Positions 37,891 through 48,137 of a DNA stretch of 64,000 nt are shown one piece after another. The position numbers and the translations under genes were made by a program. The notes beneath the pieces are model-generated. The model saw only the letters and a list, made by a program, of their open reading frames with translations. It had not been told where the DNA came from and ran no database searches. Positions within the stretch are counted from its first letter, which is position 1. Each line of letters begins with the position of its first letter. This DNA is from Planctomycetota bacterium (GTDB lineage: Bacteria > Planctomycetota > UBA8108 > SXIK01): assembly GCA_965223265.1 (NCBI GenBank), contig OZ244999.1, positions 8,288,001 to 8,352,000 on the forward strand, in the 5' to 3' direction.

Positions 37891-40416
37891 TCAAAGAGCC
37901 GCGAGGATGATCGCCACGTAAAGCGCCGTCGGTGCCCAGCGGCAGGTGACGTCGGGAGCTCGGCGCGGCATGACGACCGCGATAGCGAACGCCGCGGCAA
38001 GGAGCCACCACGAGACGCGGGTGAGCTCGGCGGTTCCGGTTGCCAGGGGTGCCAGCAGCGCTGCCAACGCCGCCGCGGTCAAGAGTCGGCGTGACCACAC
38101 GAGGAAAAGCGCCAGGGCTTGACTCTCTTGACCGCTTTCGATGCGGCGTTCGATCCATGCGGAGATCAACACGCAGAGGCTCGGCAGCGTCGCCAGCCAC
38201 AACATCGGCTCGCTGGTTGTGGTGAGAAGAAGCAGAGCGGACGCACCGAGGAATGTGGATTTGGCGAAACGCCAACGTCGATCGGCGAACCCCAGATCCT
38301 CACGAAAGCGCCGGTTTTTGAGGTGAGCGAAGAGCGCGAAGGGGGCGAGAAGACTTAGGGGAAGACTTGCGCATGCAAGGTCGCGCCAGGAACTGAGTTG
38401 GTTTGGGCTGCTGAGCGGCCAGAAAAGATGGTGCGAGATGTTTCCACCAAGTCTGGGTGCTAGCGCGTGGGTGACGGTGAGGTGCCAAAGAAGAGTGACG
38501 CCGATGGCAACGAGCACGGCGATCACGGTGCCGCGGCGCAGGAGGTGATGGAGTGACTTTTCCCCGGCATGGAACGTCGCGATGCCGACTGCTGGGAGTA
38601 TCCAGCCTCCGACGCCGCCGAGGAGGAAAGCGCCGAGCGCCATCATCAGAGAGAGCGGTGCTGCACCGCGACGCGCTTGAGCGTTGACAGCCTGGCCTTT
38701 CAGATAGAAGAAGAAACTCGATTGGACCAGGGCGACGAAGGTGAGTGCCGCGGCCGGCTGTGCTGCGGCGTTCAAGAACAGCAGCGTCGTTGTCAGCAGC
38801 GAAGCACTCAGAATACCCGCCGCCTGACTTCCCGTTCTGCGTGCAAACAGATACGTCAGGAGCGACGTCAAGACGCCCGACACGACCGCTAGTATCGATG
38901 CTATAGCGGACGCCAGGCGTGGCGTCGCGTCAACAAGACCGCGTGCGAGCGCCGCGACTCCGGCAAATCCATCGCCCGCGAATTGAGCGATATCGGGAGC
39001 GCTCTGCGCCGTTGCGATGGCGCGCAGGCGGACCGCCGTCAAGATCAGCGCAGTAGCGATGAGAAGGTCACGAGTCTGCAGCACGGCAGCAAGCGATAGC
39101 CGCTTCGAGGCCGGTGCCGGCGGTGCGTTTGTTTCGAGTGCCCCTTGCCTACGTGAAGCGTCGTGATGCGCCTCAGCCGGAATCGCGACGCCCGTACCGG
39201 CACCGTCGGTCTGACGAGCGTCTGAAGGTTTTCCGAGGCCACCGATCGCAGTGGACTTCGGTCTTTCGTCGAGCTTCGTCGCGCTACGTACTGCAGTGCT
39301 GAGTTCTGTCGCCACCTCGTCGACCGCGATGGACTTCATGCAGTAGCTCCACGTCGAGTGGTCGCACTCGCGCCGGCTGCACGGGATGCAGCTCGCCACC
39401 TCCGGGTGGTATGCGACGGTCACGTGCTCGCCGATGGGAGCGGTGCGGTCGGGGTCCTGCGGTCCAAACAGGGCGACGCAGCGCAGGCCCGTGGCGGCTG
39501 CGATGTGGAGGCAGCCTGAGTCGCCACCGACAAACGCGTGACCGGGTGCCGGCGACTGCGCCAGGAGCTGAAGAACGGCGCTGATCTCGGCAAGCGAGAG
39601 CGTGCCGACTTCGAAGCGCAATCGATCGTGGGCGCTCGGCAGGTGCTTTCGGACTTCCTCGCCGCTGGTGATTTCGTCGGGTCCGCCGCAGACAAGGACG
39701 CGCGCGCCAGCATTGAGCAAACGAACGGCAAGCGCTCCGAACCGCTCCGCAGGCCAGCCGCGGACGTCCTCGAGTCGACTCAGCTGTAGAACGACGACAC
39801 GCTCGGTCTCGAGGTCGATCCCGCGTAGTGCCTCGCCCGCACGCTCTCGTTCGGCTGCCCTAGCGTTTAACCCAAAGCGGGGTGTCGTATCTGGCAGCCC
39901 GAGCCAGTCGGCAAATTCGATGGCGCGACGGGTTTTGTTCCCAGAAGAGAGTTTAGGAAGCTTGTAGTTCGTGAAGAGTGGGTTCCAGTGTTCACGGCAA
40001 TCGCCGCGATGGAATCCGAGTCGGATCCGCGCGCCGCACAGCACGTCGACGACGCCGCTCTTGAGATTGCCATGTAGGTCGACGACTGCGTCGACATTGT
40101 GCTGGCGAAGAATACGCTTCCACGTTGGCACTGCCTTGAAGAGCGAACCTCTCGGCAGTGCGATGACCGAATCGAGAGCTCCAACGTCCTCGAGCAGCGG
40201 TGTGGAGCCGCCATGTGCGATCCAGCTTAGCCGCACATCGTCGCCGACGAGGTCGCGGAGAAACCAAGCAATCGGCAACGTTGCGACCACATCGCCGATG
40301 CTGCCGAGTCGAACGATCGCGACGTGCTGTGCGCTTCGCAGCAGCTGGGCAACTTCTTCGGCCGGGCGAGCCTTGGCGTTCGCTGCTCTGAGATCCATCC
40401 GCTGATGCTGGTTCAC
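37891..40416 (-). CDS. Glycosyltransferase family 9 (heptosyltransferase-like) fused to a C-terminal multi-pass GT-C/ArnT-like membrane domain
   Basis: RLGSIGDVV, VDLHG, FVGGDSGCLHIAAA, LFGP, CIPCxxxEC...CM; linker followed by about 10 hydrophobic segments. Confidence 0.8.
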   Translation of the reverse strand: MNQHQRMDLRAANAKARPAEEVAQLLRSAQHVAIVRLGSIGDVVATLPIAWFLRDLVGDDVRLSWIAHGGSTPLLEDVGALDSVIALPRGSLFKAVPTWKRILRQHNVDAVVDLHGNLKSGVVDVLCGARIRLGFHRGDCREHWNPLFTNYKLPKLSSGNKTRRAIEFADWLGLPDTTPRFGLNARAAERERAGEALRGIDLETERVVVLQLSRLEDVRGWPAERFGALAVRLLNAGARVLVCGGPDEITSGEEVRKHLPSAHDRLRFEVGTLSLAEISAVLQLLAQSPAPGHAFVGGDSGCLHIAAATGLRCVALFGPQDPDRTAPIGEHVTVAYHPEVASCIPCSRRECDHSTWSYCMKSIAVDEVATELSTAVRSATKLDERPKSTAIGGLGKPSDARQTDGAGTGVAIPAEAHHDASRRQGALETNAPPAPASKRLSLAAVLQTRDLLIATALILTAVRLRAIATAQSAPDIAQFAGDGFAGVAALARGLVDATPRLASAIASILAVVSGVLTSLLTYLFARRTGSQAAGILSASLLTTTLLFLNAAAQPAAALTFVALVQSSFFFYLKGQAVNAQARRGAAPLSLMMALGAFLLGGVGGWILPAVGIATFHAGEKSLHHLLRRGTVIAVLVAIGVTLLWHLTVTHALAPRLGGNISHHLFWPLSSPNQLSSWRDLACASLPLSLLAPFALFAHLKNRRFREDLGFADRRWRFAKSTFLGASALLLLTTTSEPMLWLATLPSLCVLISAWIERRIESGQESQALALFLVWSRRLLTAAALAALLAPLATGTAELTRVSWWLLAAAFAIAVVMPRRAPDVTCRWAPTALYVAIILAAL

Positions 40417-40470
40417 CGTGGTGTGTTGTCGTGCGGCATTGCCTCGCGAAGAGCTTCGCAGCCGGAAGGC

Positions 40471-40944
40471 TTACTCCACCTCGGCGAATACACTGAGCTG
40501 CACCGCCGCATCAAGCGGCATTTCGTTGATCCCAAGGGCTGTCCGCGTGTGTCTTCCACGCTCGCCGAAGATTTCGTTCATGAGCTCGGAGGCGCCATTG
40601 AGAACTTGAGGATGGCCACGGAACCCTGGCGCTGAGTGGACGTTGCCCTCGAGGCGCACGATTTGGCGGACGCGGCTCAAGTCACCAGTGGCTGCCCGCA
40701 ACTGGGCGATGGCGTTGATCGCACAGAGGCGCGCCGCCTGATAACCTTCGTCGACCGACAGCTCGCCGCCCAGTTTGCCGGCGTAGGCCATCTCGCCGCC
40801 GCGCCAGGGCAACTGACCCGAGGTCATGACCAGGTTGCCCGTGCGAATCCAGGGCAGGTACGCGGCGACCGCGGCCGGCGCTTCCGGGAGCTCGATCCCC
40901 AACGCTTGAAGACGATCCTCCGGTGTCTGATTCTGTGCCGTCAT
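40471..40944 (-). CDS. RidA/YjgF family protein
   Basis: RLxxLGIELP, AxYxP, SGQLP, NGASEL, GRHTRTALG, LDAAVQ. Confidence 0.9.
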   Translation of the reverse strand: MTAQNQTPEDRLQALGIELPEAPAAVAAYLPWIRTGNLVMTSGQLPWRGGEMAYAGKLGGELSVDEGYQAARLCAINAIAQLRAATGDLSRVRQIVRLEGNVHSAPGFRGHPQVLNGASELMNEIFGERGRHTRTALGINEMPLDAAVQLSVFAEVE

Positions 40945-40972
40945 GGCTGATTCTTCCTCAATGGCCCTTGGA

Positions 40973-41371
40973 TCATGCCGTTCCGACGTGCAGGTCTCCG
41001 ACCTCGATCACGTATCCATCCAGATCACGAAAAAAGAAGCGTTCGAACGGTGTGTCCCGCTGCGGGTCGATCAGTCGACCGCCATGCTCCACGATGCGTT
41101 TCTTGAGTTCAGCGAAACCGCTCTGAGGATAGGCGAATGCCACGTGGCGTCCGAACTCGGCCTCATAGCGGCTGATTTCGAAGTCACTCACTTCGAGGAG
41201 ATGCAGCTCCGTACCCGCAGCGATCGACAGCCATGCCGCCGGCCGCTCGATGTTTTGCGGCCGCTCGATCGGCTGCCACCCGAACGCTTTCGTGTAGAAA
41301 CTCGCGGCGCGCTGAACGTCGCGTGTTGCCAGAGTTAGATGCGCGAAGATGGGAGACGTCGGCTGAGCCAT
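40973..41371 (-). CDS. VOC/glyoxalase family protein
   Basis: HLTLATRDVQRAASFY, HVAF, FFRDLDGYVIE. Confidence 0.88.
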   Translation of the reverse strand: MAQPTSPIFAHLTLATRDVQRAASFYTKAFGWQPIERPQNIERPAAWLSIAAGTELHLLEVSDFEISRYEAEFGRHVAFAYPQSGFAELKKRIVEHGGRLIDPQRDTPFERFFFRDLDGYVIEVGDLHVGTA

Positions 41372-41652
41372 GGTAGGTTCCGTATGCTTCAACGGTCGAC
41401 CCAATCATCGACCGCGGATAGGGTACAAGTTTCTCGTCATGAAAGCACTGCTCGCGCATCCCGAGCCGCGAAATTCGATCGTGGAGCGTCGCGATGGCCG
41501 CTCTGCAAGAGGCTGTTTCGGCGCCCTTCCGGCGGTTCCCGACTGCGCGTCGGCGCGGTGGATTTCGTCGCCAACTCTGGTAAGCTACGCCAGGTGTACG
41601 GATGGCGACGTGGCTCTTTTCTCTTGGTCTTCTCTCCTCTCCACGCAGACGC

Positions 41653-42447
41653 ATGCAACAATACCTCCAACTGATGCAGCACATTCTCGACCATGGAGTC
41701 GAGAAAGCGGACCGTACCGGCACTGGGACGCGCAGCGTGTTCGGTTACCAGATGCGTTTTGACCTCAGCGCCGGGTTTCCTCTCGTGACGACGAAGAAGC
41801 TGCATTTGAAGAGCATCATTTACGAACTGCTCTGGTTCATCCGCGGCGACACGAACACCAAGTACCTCAACGACCATGGTGTCAGCATTTGGGACGAGTG
41901 GGCCGACGCCAACGGCGACTTGGGTCCGGTCTACGGTGCGCAGTGGCGATCCTGGCGCAGCGCGGATGGTGGCGTGGTGGATCAGTTGTCCCAAGTGATC
42001 GAAACGCTGCGCGTGAAACCCGATTCTCGCCGCATGATCGTGTCAGCGTGGAATGTCGGCGAACTCGACCGTATGGCGCTGCCGCCTTGCCATCTCCTTT
42101 TTCAGTTCTACGTCGCTGGCGGCGCTCTCTCTTGCCAGCTCTACCAGCGCAGCGCGGACGTCTTTCTCGGCGTGCCTTTCAATATTGCGTCGTACGCACT
42201 GCTCGCCATGATGGTAGCGCAGGTTGTGAACCTTCGTCCCGGCGAGTTCGTCCACACGCTTGGAGATGCGCATCTCTATCTCAACCACCTCGATCAGGCG
42301 AAGCTCCAGCTTAGCCGCGATCCGCGGGCGCTTCCGACCATGGAAATCAATCCAGACGTCACGGACCTTGAGGCGTTTGATTTCGACGATTTCTCCCTGA
42401 ACGGGTACGACCCGCACCCGCACATCAAGGCGCCGGTGGCGGTGTGA
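41653..42447 (+). CDS. thyA: Thymidylate synthase
   Basis: [44 protein letters not shown]. Confidence 0.98.
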   Translation: MQQYLQLMQHILDHGVEKADRTGTGTRSVFGYQMRFDLSAGFPLVTTKKLHLKSIIYELLWFIRGDTNTKYLNDHGVSIWDEWADANGDLGPVYGAQWRSWRSADGGVVDQLSQVIETLRVKPDSRRMIVSAWNVGELDRMALPPCHLLFQFYVAGGALSCQLYQRSADVFLGVPFNIASYALLAMMVAQVVNLRPGEFVHTLGDAHLYLNHLDQAKLQLSRDPRALPTMEINPDVTDLEAFDFDDFSLNGYDPHPHIKAPVAV

Positions 42448-42451
42448 TGCT

Positions 42452-42985
42452 GTGATGGTTTCCTGCATCGTCGCCATGTCGGAGAATCAAGTCATCGGCC
42501 GTAGCGGCGACTTGCCATGGCATCTGCCGGCAGACCTAAAGCGCTTCAAGCGTTTGACGATGGGCCACCACATCATCATGGGGCGAAAGACGTGGGACTC
42601 GATCGGTCGGCCGCTGCCTGGCCGCACCAGCGTCGTGGTCTCGCGTGACGGCGCGTTTGCCGCGCCTGGCGCCAGTGTCGTCACGTCCATCGATGGGGCG
42701 ATTGAGTTTGCCGCTGCTGCTGGTGACGACGAGCCGTTCGTCATCGGTGGCGCGGCGATCTACGACTTGGCGCTGCCTCGCATCGGACGTCTCCACTTGA
42801 CGTGGGTCCATGCCATTGTCGAGGGCGACGTCTTTTTTCCTGAGTTGGATCTTGCGGCGTGGGAGTTGGTGACGGCGGAGCGTCACGAGGCGGACGCGCG
42901 CCATGCGTACGCGTACAGCTGGTGCGTCTACGAGCGGCGATCGGCAGCCGTCCCATCACCCAGCGCGAAGCGAACGACTTCGTAG
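42452..42985 (+). CDS. folA: Dihydrofolate reductase
   Basis: LPWHLPADLKRFK, MGRKTWDSI, LPGR, IGGAAIY, GDVFFP; follows thyA. Confidence 0.96.
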   Translation: MMVSCIVAMSENQVIGRSGDLPWHLPADLKRFKRLTMGHHIIMGRKTWDSIGRPLPGRTSVVVSRDGAFAAPGASVVTSIDGAIEFAAAAGDDEPFVIGGAAIYDLALPRIGRLHLTWVHAIVEGDVFFPELDLAAWELVTAERHEADARHAYAYSWCVYERRSAAVPSPSAKRTTS

Positions 42986-43728
42986 GTGAACTTCTCCGGC
43001 GCTTCGACGTGGGGATTGTGACCTGAGCCATCGATCACGATGACTTCGGCGGTCGGAAAGTGGTGGCGGATCAAAGTCTCGTCTGCAGGTTCGACGAAGC
43101 TCGACTGCTCACCGATCAGAGCGAGCACGCGACCGTCGAACACCTCCGTACTTTGAAGCGGCGCCGCGCGAATGTCGCTCAGTCCCGCTGCCAGCCCCGA
43201 GAGATTGAGCCGCCAGCGAAACCCTCCGTCTGGGTCACGGCGAAGATTAGTGAGGAGAAACTGACGTGTTGGACGGTCACCAAGGTGCTTTGCGAGCTCA
43301 ACGTCTGCCTCGCGGCGCGATCTGAGGACGCTCAGGTCGAGGGCGCGAAGCGCATCGAGCTCGCGCGAACCGACGGCATAGTCTTTCGGTGCGATGTCGA
43401 CGAAGGTCAGGGAGCGAACCAGCGACGGCGCATCGATTGCGAGGCGCATTGCGACCTTGCCACCCATGCTGTGGCCGAGAAGGTGCACGGGGCCAACGCC
43501 GAGGCTGTCGATGAACTTCGCCACGTCTGCGGCCAGATTCGGATAATCCATCCCCGCTGCATGCGGCGAGGCACCGTGATTGCGTAGATCCGGCGCCCGG
43601 ACGTGGAAGGCATGCGCCAAGGACTTTCCGGCGACGCTCCAGTTGTTGGATGAACCGAAGAGCCCATGGAGAATCACCAGCGGCTCCCCGTCGCCGCCGA
43701 AGTTCTGAGAATGTAGCGCCACGCACAC
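42928..43728 (-). CDS. Alpha/beta hydrolase (YbfF-like esterase)
   Basis: LHGLFGSSNNW, DLRNHG, GHSMGGK nucleophile elbow, DIAP, GHNPH. Confidence 0.92.
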   Translation of the reverse strand: MCVALHSQNFGGDGEPLVILHGLFGSSNNWSVAGKSLAHAFHVRAPDLRNHGASPHAAGMDYPNLAADVAKFIDSLGVGPVHLLGHSMGGKVAMRLAIDAPSLVRSLTFVDIAPKDYAVGSRELDALRALDLSVLRSRREADVELAKHLGDRPTRQFLLTNLRRDPDGGFRWRLNLSGLAAGLSDIRAAPLQSTEVFDGRVLALIGEQSSFVEPADETLIRHHFPTAEVIVIDGSGHNPHVEAPEKFTYEVVRFALGDGTAADRRS

Positions 43729-43984
43729 AGCTGAAGGGCCTCCGGTTGAAACAGCTCGAATTCTTGCCTTTGCGATCCCCTTTTATCGGAAGTGCCGGGA
43801 AAAATGTCGAAGCTCTTTATGGGACGAGGTCGATAACAACGACAACGTTCAGTTCGTCTCTCGCACCTTCGAGGTGGCGCGATCTCCAAAGGCATGCGTT
43901 TGAGGCTCGCGGCACAGCGACGCGGAGGCGAACTGAGGATCTGATCGATTCTTTTACGTCCGACGGTTTTTCGGGGAGGTCATC

Positions 43985-44269
43985 ATGATCAGGAGACTTT
44001 TCTCACTGATCGTCAGCGTGGCAATCCGGCTTGTTGGCCTACCGGCCAGGATCCGGACCGTGCTCCGCGCTGCTCGGCGTATTCGGCGCCCGACGGCCGA
44101 AACGCGTGTCCCCGCGTTCAGGAGTCACTCTTCGAACGCGAACAAGGCATCGATTGCTTCGGTGCCGTCAGGAGTAGAGGTCAGAACTTCTTTGACAGTG
44201 TGGGGCGACCGGATCTTTATGCTCAGCGGTCCGGGGCCACCGCTGGCGACGGCGGTGACGGCTGCCTGA
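43985..44269 (+). CDS. Small basic hypothetical protein (94 aa)
   Basis: Perfect GGAGGT RBS just upstream and an intrinsic terminator just downstream; no recognisable motif. Confidence 0.45.
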   Translation: MIRRLFSLIVSVAIRLVGLPARIRTVLRAARRIRRPTAETRVPAFRSHSSNANKASIASVPSGVEVRTSLTVWGDRIFMLSGPGPPLATAVTAA

Positions 44270-44301
44270 ACGCGTGGCCGTCTAACATTTCAGAGTACGC
44301 G

Positions 44302-44349
44302 GCGCCTCGGAGTTGTCAGGGCGAAAACTCCGGGGCGTTTTTCTTTTCA
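44302..44349 (+). terminator. Rho-independent terminator
   Basis: GCGCCTCGGAGTT / AACTCCGGGGCGT 13-bp stem followed by TTTTCTTTT. Confidence 0.7.
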
Positions 44350-44364
44350 CCTGTTCACGCGCAC

Positions 44365-46347
44365 TCAGAGAATCAGCTCGACGCGGGCTGGCCGTCCGGG
44401 GATGAGGCGTCCCGCTGCGATTGCTTCTGGCGAAAGCTTGATTTCGCCCTCTTGCATAGCCTGGTCGACAGCTGCCGTGCAGTGAAGCGATCGCAGCCCC
44501 CCCAGCCACCAGCGCCGATCCGTCACGAACAGCAGGTCGCCGCTTTCGGCGCCGAGGTGTTGCAGGTCGCGCGGGTGCAGAGCGACCACCGCCGTCTCTC
44601 CCCGTGCGTCACGTGAGGGTGCGCCACGCGTCGTCTTCGACGTCGTCGTCGCTGACGCGGTCTGCGCGCTCTCTGGCGCTGCGCCCTCGTCCGTCTTTGA
44701 TGCGGCGCCGGTCGCATCACCCGTGGCGCCGACCGCGAGCGTCACTTCGATGTGTCGTCCTGTACTCTCCTTGAGCCGATCAGCGCCCTTGAAGCGCCGC
44801 ATGGCGGCTTTGAGGCTCCAGATCGTCAGGCCGTTCGTGCTCGCGGTGTTTGGCATCAACATCGTGCAAATGACTGCCAGCACCCCGCAGACGAGGATGC
44901 CGTAGAACGCACGCATGAACTTGAAGCCACTGCCGCCGCTCATGCCGTGTGCGATCGGCTGAATCAGCGCCTCTGGAAACGCGAACGAGAAAAAGATCGC
45001 AACGCTGCCGCAGAGGATCGTGGTCAGTGCCGCCCGACCACCGAAGCGGGGCCACACACTGCCGAAAAGAATCACGATGACCAGCGGCGGCGTGATCGCT
45101 GCAGTGAACGTGGCGTGCGCCACGTAGAGCGACTTGAAACTCATGAAGAGTGGTACGAGGACGACACCGAAACCTGCCGTTGCGAGTGAGATGACACGCG
45201 CGACGCGCAGGTAGTGGCGTTCGCTCGCTCGAGACCGCGTCAGCGGCCGGTAGATGTCGTTGACACAGACGGCGCTGACGGCGTTGATCAAAGTGTCGAT
45301 CGTTGACATCAGTGCGGCGGTGAGCGCAGCGAGCACGAGACCGAAGACGCCGGGGCGAGTCAGAAGCTTAGAGACGGTGACGAAGACGTCTTTCGACTCG
45401 TTGACGTCGATCTCACCACGCGCGGCGAGTGCAGCGCCGATCCAGCCGGCACTCGAAACGGCGATCGCCGTCAGCGGCATCATGACGAGCGCTATCCAAA
45501 CGACCGCTTTGCGGCTCTCCGCTGGGCTCTTAGTCGACAAGAATCGCAGCAGAATGCCCTGGTTCATGAAGTAAAAGGCAAAGCTGTTGGCGATACCGTC
45601 CTGCCAAAAAAGGCCGACCGCATTGAAGCCGTCCGGCGTGTTGAAGTCGGCCATGCCGTACTTGTGCGATGTGGGTAGTGCACCCCAAAATTCGCTCCAA
45701 CCGCCCAGGTGCTGCATACCGAGAAAGAGCACGCCAAAGCCGACTGCGAGAAGCAGAACACCCTGGAGGAGATCCGTCATGATGACCGACGTCTGGCCAC
45801 CTGCGGTGACGTAGATACCGCAAAATATGGCCGTCACCCAAACGATCTGCATCTCCGTGAGGCCGACGATCGGCCGCAGCGCCACCGCAATCGTGAAGAG
45901 GTTGTAGCCGATGTAGCCGAGCATGTAGAGCAAGATGATCACGGTGCCAGCGGCGCGAGTCGCGCGGCCAAAGCGGCGCTCGAAGTACTCCGGCACCGAA
46001 AGAATGCGATTGAAGTAGACAATCGGCAGCCACGCGAACATGAAGAGAGGCAGGATGAACCAATCGTTCAAATAGGTGCTGGTCGACGACAGGCCGTAGT
46101 TGTAGGCGGCCTCGGAATACTTCAGGAAGCTGTAGGAGCCAACGAGCGTCGCGATGTAGCTCGCTGTCACCAGCCACGCGCTGAACCGCTGCCCGGACGT
46201 GAAGAAATCTCGCGTCGAGCGTGTATGGAGTCCAAAAAAGGCTCCGAAGGCAAGGATCGCAATCAAGTAAATCGCGATCACGGCCAGGTCCAGAGACGTG
46301 CCCGCTGCCTGCGCGAACCACACTTCAAAGCCGACGAGCGGCGTCAT
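44365..46347 (-). CDS. Sodium:solute symporter (SSS) family transporter with a C-terminal soluble extension
   Basis: DFFTSG, SVPEYFERRFG, GGQTSVIMTDLLQ, AALMSTIDT, many TM helices. Confidence 0.92.
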   Translation of the reverse strand: MTPLVGFEVWFAQAAGTSLDLAVIAIYLIAILAFGAFFGLHTRSTRDFFTSGQRFSAWLVTASYIATLVGSYSFLKYSEAAYNYGLSSTSTYLNDWFILPLFMFAWLPIVYFNRILSVPEYFERRFGRATRAAGTVIILLYMLGYIGYNLFTIAVALRPIVGLTEMQIVWVTAIFCGIYVTAGGQTSVIMTDLLQGVLLLAVGFGVLFLGMQHLGGWSEFWGALPTSHKYGMADFNTPDGFNAVGLFWQDGIANSFAFYFMNQGILLRFLSTKSPAESRKAVVWIALVMMPLTAIAVSSAGWIGAALAARGEIDVNESKDVFVTVSKLLTRPGVFGLVLAALTAALMSTIDTLINAVSAVCVNDIYRPLTRSRASERHYLRVARVISLATAGFGVVLVPLFMSFKSLYVAHATFTAAITPPLVIVILFGSVWPRFGGRAALTTILCGSVAIFFSFAFPEALIQPIAHGMSGGSGFKFMRAFYGILVCGVLAVICTMLMPNTASTNGLTIWSLKAAMRRFKGADRLKESTGRHIEVTLAVGATGDATGAASKTDEGAAPESAQTASATTTSKTTRGAPSRDARGETAVVALHPRDLQHLGAESGDLLFVTDRRWWLGGLRSLHCTAAVDQAMQEGEIKLSPEAIAAGRLIPGRPARVELIL

Positions 46348-46541
46348 GCTTTGGGTACCAGGAAAACGCTGGCGGCATGCACGAGCGCGTAGAGGGTGAA
46401 GCCGCCGATCATGAGCGCCAAGCTGCGCCGGCCGCTACGACTGCTGAGGTCAATGGAACCGGATCGTACGGAAAGATATGTGCCGACGCCGAAGATGATC
46501 CCGCCGATTCCGTACTGATACAGAAATGACCAATGGTGCAT
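46344..46541 (-). CDS. Small two-TM protein translationally coupled to the SSS transporter
   Basis: MHHWSFLYQYGIGGIIFGVG...LMIGGFTLYALVHAASVFLVPKA (65 aa); GAAGGA RBS; stop overlaps the SSS start (ATGA). Confidence 0.7.
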   Translation of the reverse strand: MHHWSFLYQYGIGGIIFGVGTYLSVRSGSIDLSSRSGRRSLALMIGGFTLYALVHAASVFLVPKA

Positions 46542-46996
46542 GGTGGTGGCGTGTCCTTCGTGCGAGCCCCTCCGACTCTGCGGCGGCAACACGTTAACAC
46601 CGCTCGGGAGCGAAAGAAACGGCCGTGCGGTCATTCCTGGCGAAACGCGCCGTCGCCCAACGGGTGCGCGGCATTTTCCGCGCGTCTCAGAGTCCACTTT
46701 CCCGCCGGCCGCTCGGGTCATCGTCGCCTGAGCGAACCATTCGGTTAGGGCAAGGTGCGTGCCGAACGCGGCGCAAATGCCCGGCCCGTCCGCTGGGCCT
46801 CTCGAGCGCTGTGAGGGTGTTTTCTGGTCTCGAATCGTCCGCGCCTCGGATACAATGGGTGCAATTGAATTCCCATGCTCATCCGGTCTTTCGTGTGTCC
46901 ACCTCGAACGCGTCCTGCCGCCGAGGATTGTTGAGCCATGCGGGGAACTGGTCGCAACACGGTTGAACTGAGCGAAGATCATTGGAGAACTGTGGT

Positions 46997-47986
46997 ATGA
47001 AATGCACCATCGCGCTCGCGATTCTTTTGTCGGCGGCTCCTGCTCTTGCGGACGAACTCAAGGGACTGGAAGGCAGCAGCAGCTGGGTCACGGCGCTCGC
47101 CTACTCACCGGACGGCAAGCTTCTGGCGACCGTGGGTGGTCAAACTCTTTTGTATCGTCCCGGCACCGTGGAGGTTTGGGACGTTGCCCAGGGCGAAGTC
47201 ATCGCGAAACTTGAGGGCCATCAGACTGCGGTCTGGTCGGTCGCATTTTCGCCCGACGGCAAGCAAATAGCGACCACTGGCTATGACAGCTCAGTGAAGA
47301 TTTGGTCTTTGGAGAGCAGCAAGGAAGTCGCCTCACTCGAGGGACACAAGAATTGGGTGCTCGACGTAGCGTTTTCACCGGATGGCAAATTGATCGCAAC
47401 GGCGAGCGAAGATACGACGATCAAACTGTGGGAAGTCGCCAGCGGCAAGGAAGCGGCAACGCTCTCTGGTCACGAGGCGACGGTGCGTGCGGTCGTCTTT
47501 TCTCCAGACGGTAAGTCTTTGGTGTCGTCGAGCCATGACAAGACAGCCAAGGTGTGGGACGTCGCGGCGCGCAAAGAGATCGCGACGCTCGGCGGTCACG
47601 AGGGTTGGGTCATGTCTTGTGCGTTCGCCCCCAGCGGCAAACGCCTTGCCACGACCGGCGCTGACAACGTCATTCAAGTGTGGGACGGCGGCGGCGGCGA
47701 ATGGAAGAGCGTTGCAACGCTCAAAGGCCACAAGAACTGGGTGACGTCGGTGAGTTTCTCACCGGACGGCTCGATCATTGCCACAGGCGGTCTGGATCGC
47801 CAAGTGAAGCTTTGGGACGTGGCGACGGCCGCCGACTACGTCAGCACTGATTCCCTCGACGGTACGGTTTGGTCAGTGGCGTTTGCGCCCGATGGCAAGA
47901 ACGTCGCCGTTGGCCTCCAGTCGCGAGAGAACGAAGCCATCAAGCTGCTGCCGGTAGGCGCTTTGCCGCAGCTCGAAGCGTTCTAG
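46997..47986 (+). CDS. Secreted WD40-repeat protein
   Basis: Signal peptide followed by seven GH...V.SVAFSPDG...WD repeats. Confidence 0.93.
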   Translation: MKCTIALAILLSAAPALADELKGLEGSSSWVTALAYSPDGKLLATVGGQTLLYRPGTVEVWDVAQGEVIAKLEGHQTAVWSVAFSPDGKQIATTGYDSSVKIWSLESSKEVASLEGHKNWVLDVAFSPDGKLIATASEDTTIKLWEVASGKEAATLSGHEATVRAVVFSPDGKSLVSSSHDKTAKVWDVAARKEIATLGGHEGWVMSCAFAPSGKRLATTGADNVIQVWDGGGGEWKSVATLKGHKNWVTSVSFSPDGSIIATGGLDRQVKLWDVATAADYVSTDSLDGTVWSVAFAPDGKNVAVGLQSRENEAIKLLPVGALPQLEAF

Positions 47987-48137
47987 AGTTTCGGCGCTGC
48001 GCTCGAGCGTGTGACGGCGGGACGTGTGGGATTCGTGACGCCGTAGGTTCGCTCGTGTGAGGATATTGACCCGCGTTGAGGGTCGTCTCGTGGTTGGTGT
48101 GTGGCGGACGCGCGGGTCCGCCGGAGCGGAGAGCGTC

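Noticed and set aside
42928-42985. 58-bp convergent overlap of folA and the hydrolase
   Set aside because: Both overlapping tails are non-conserved run-ons, which is common in GC-rich genomes.
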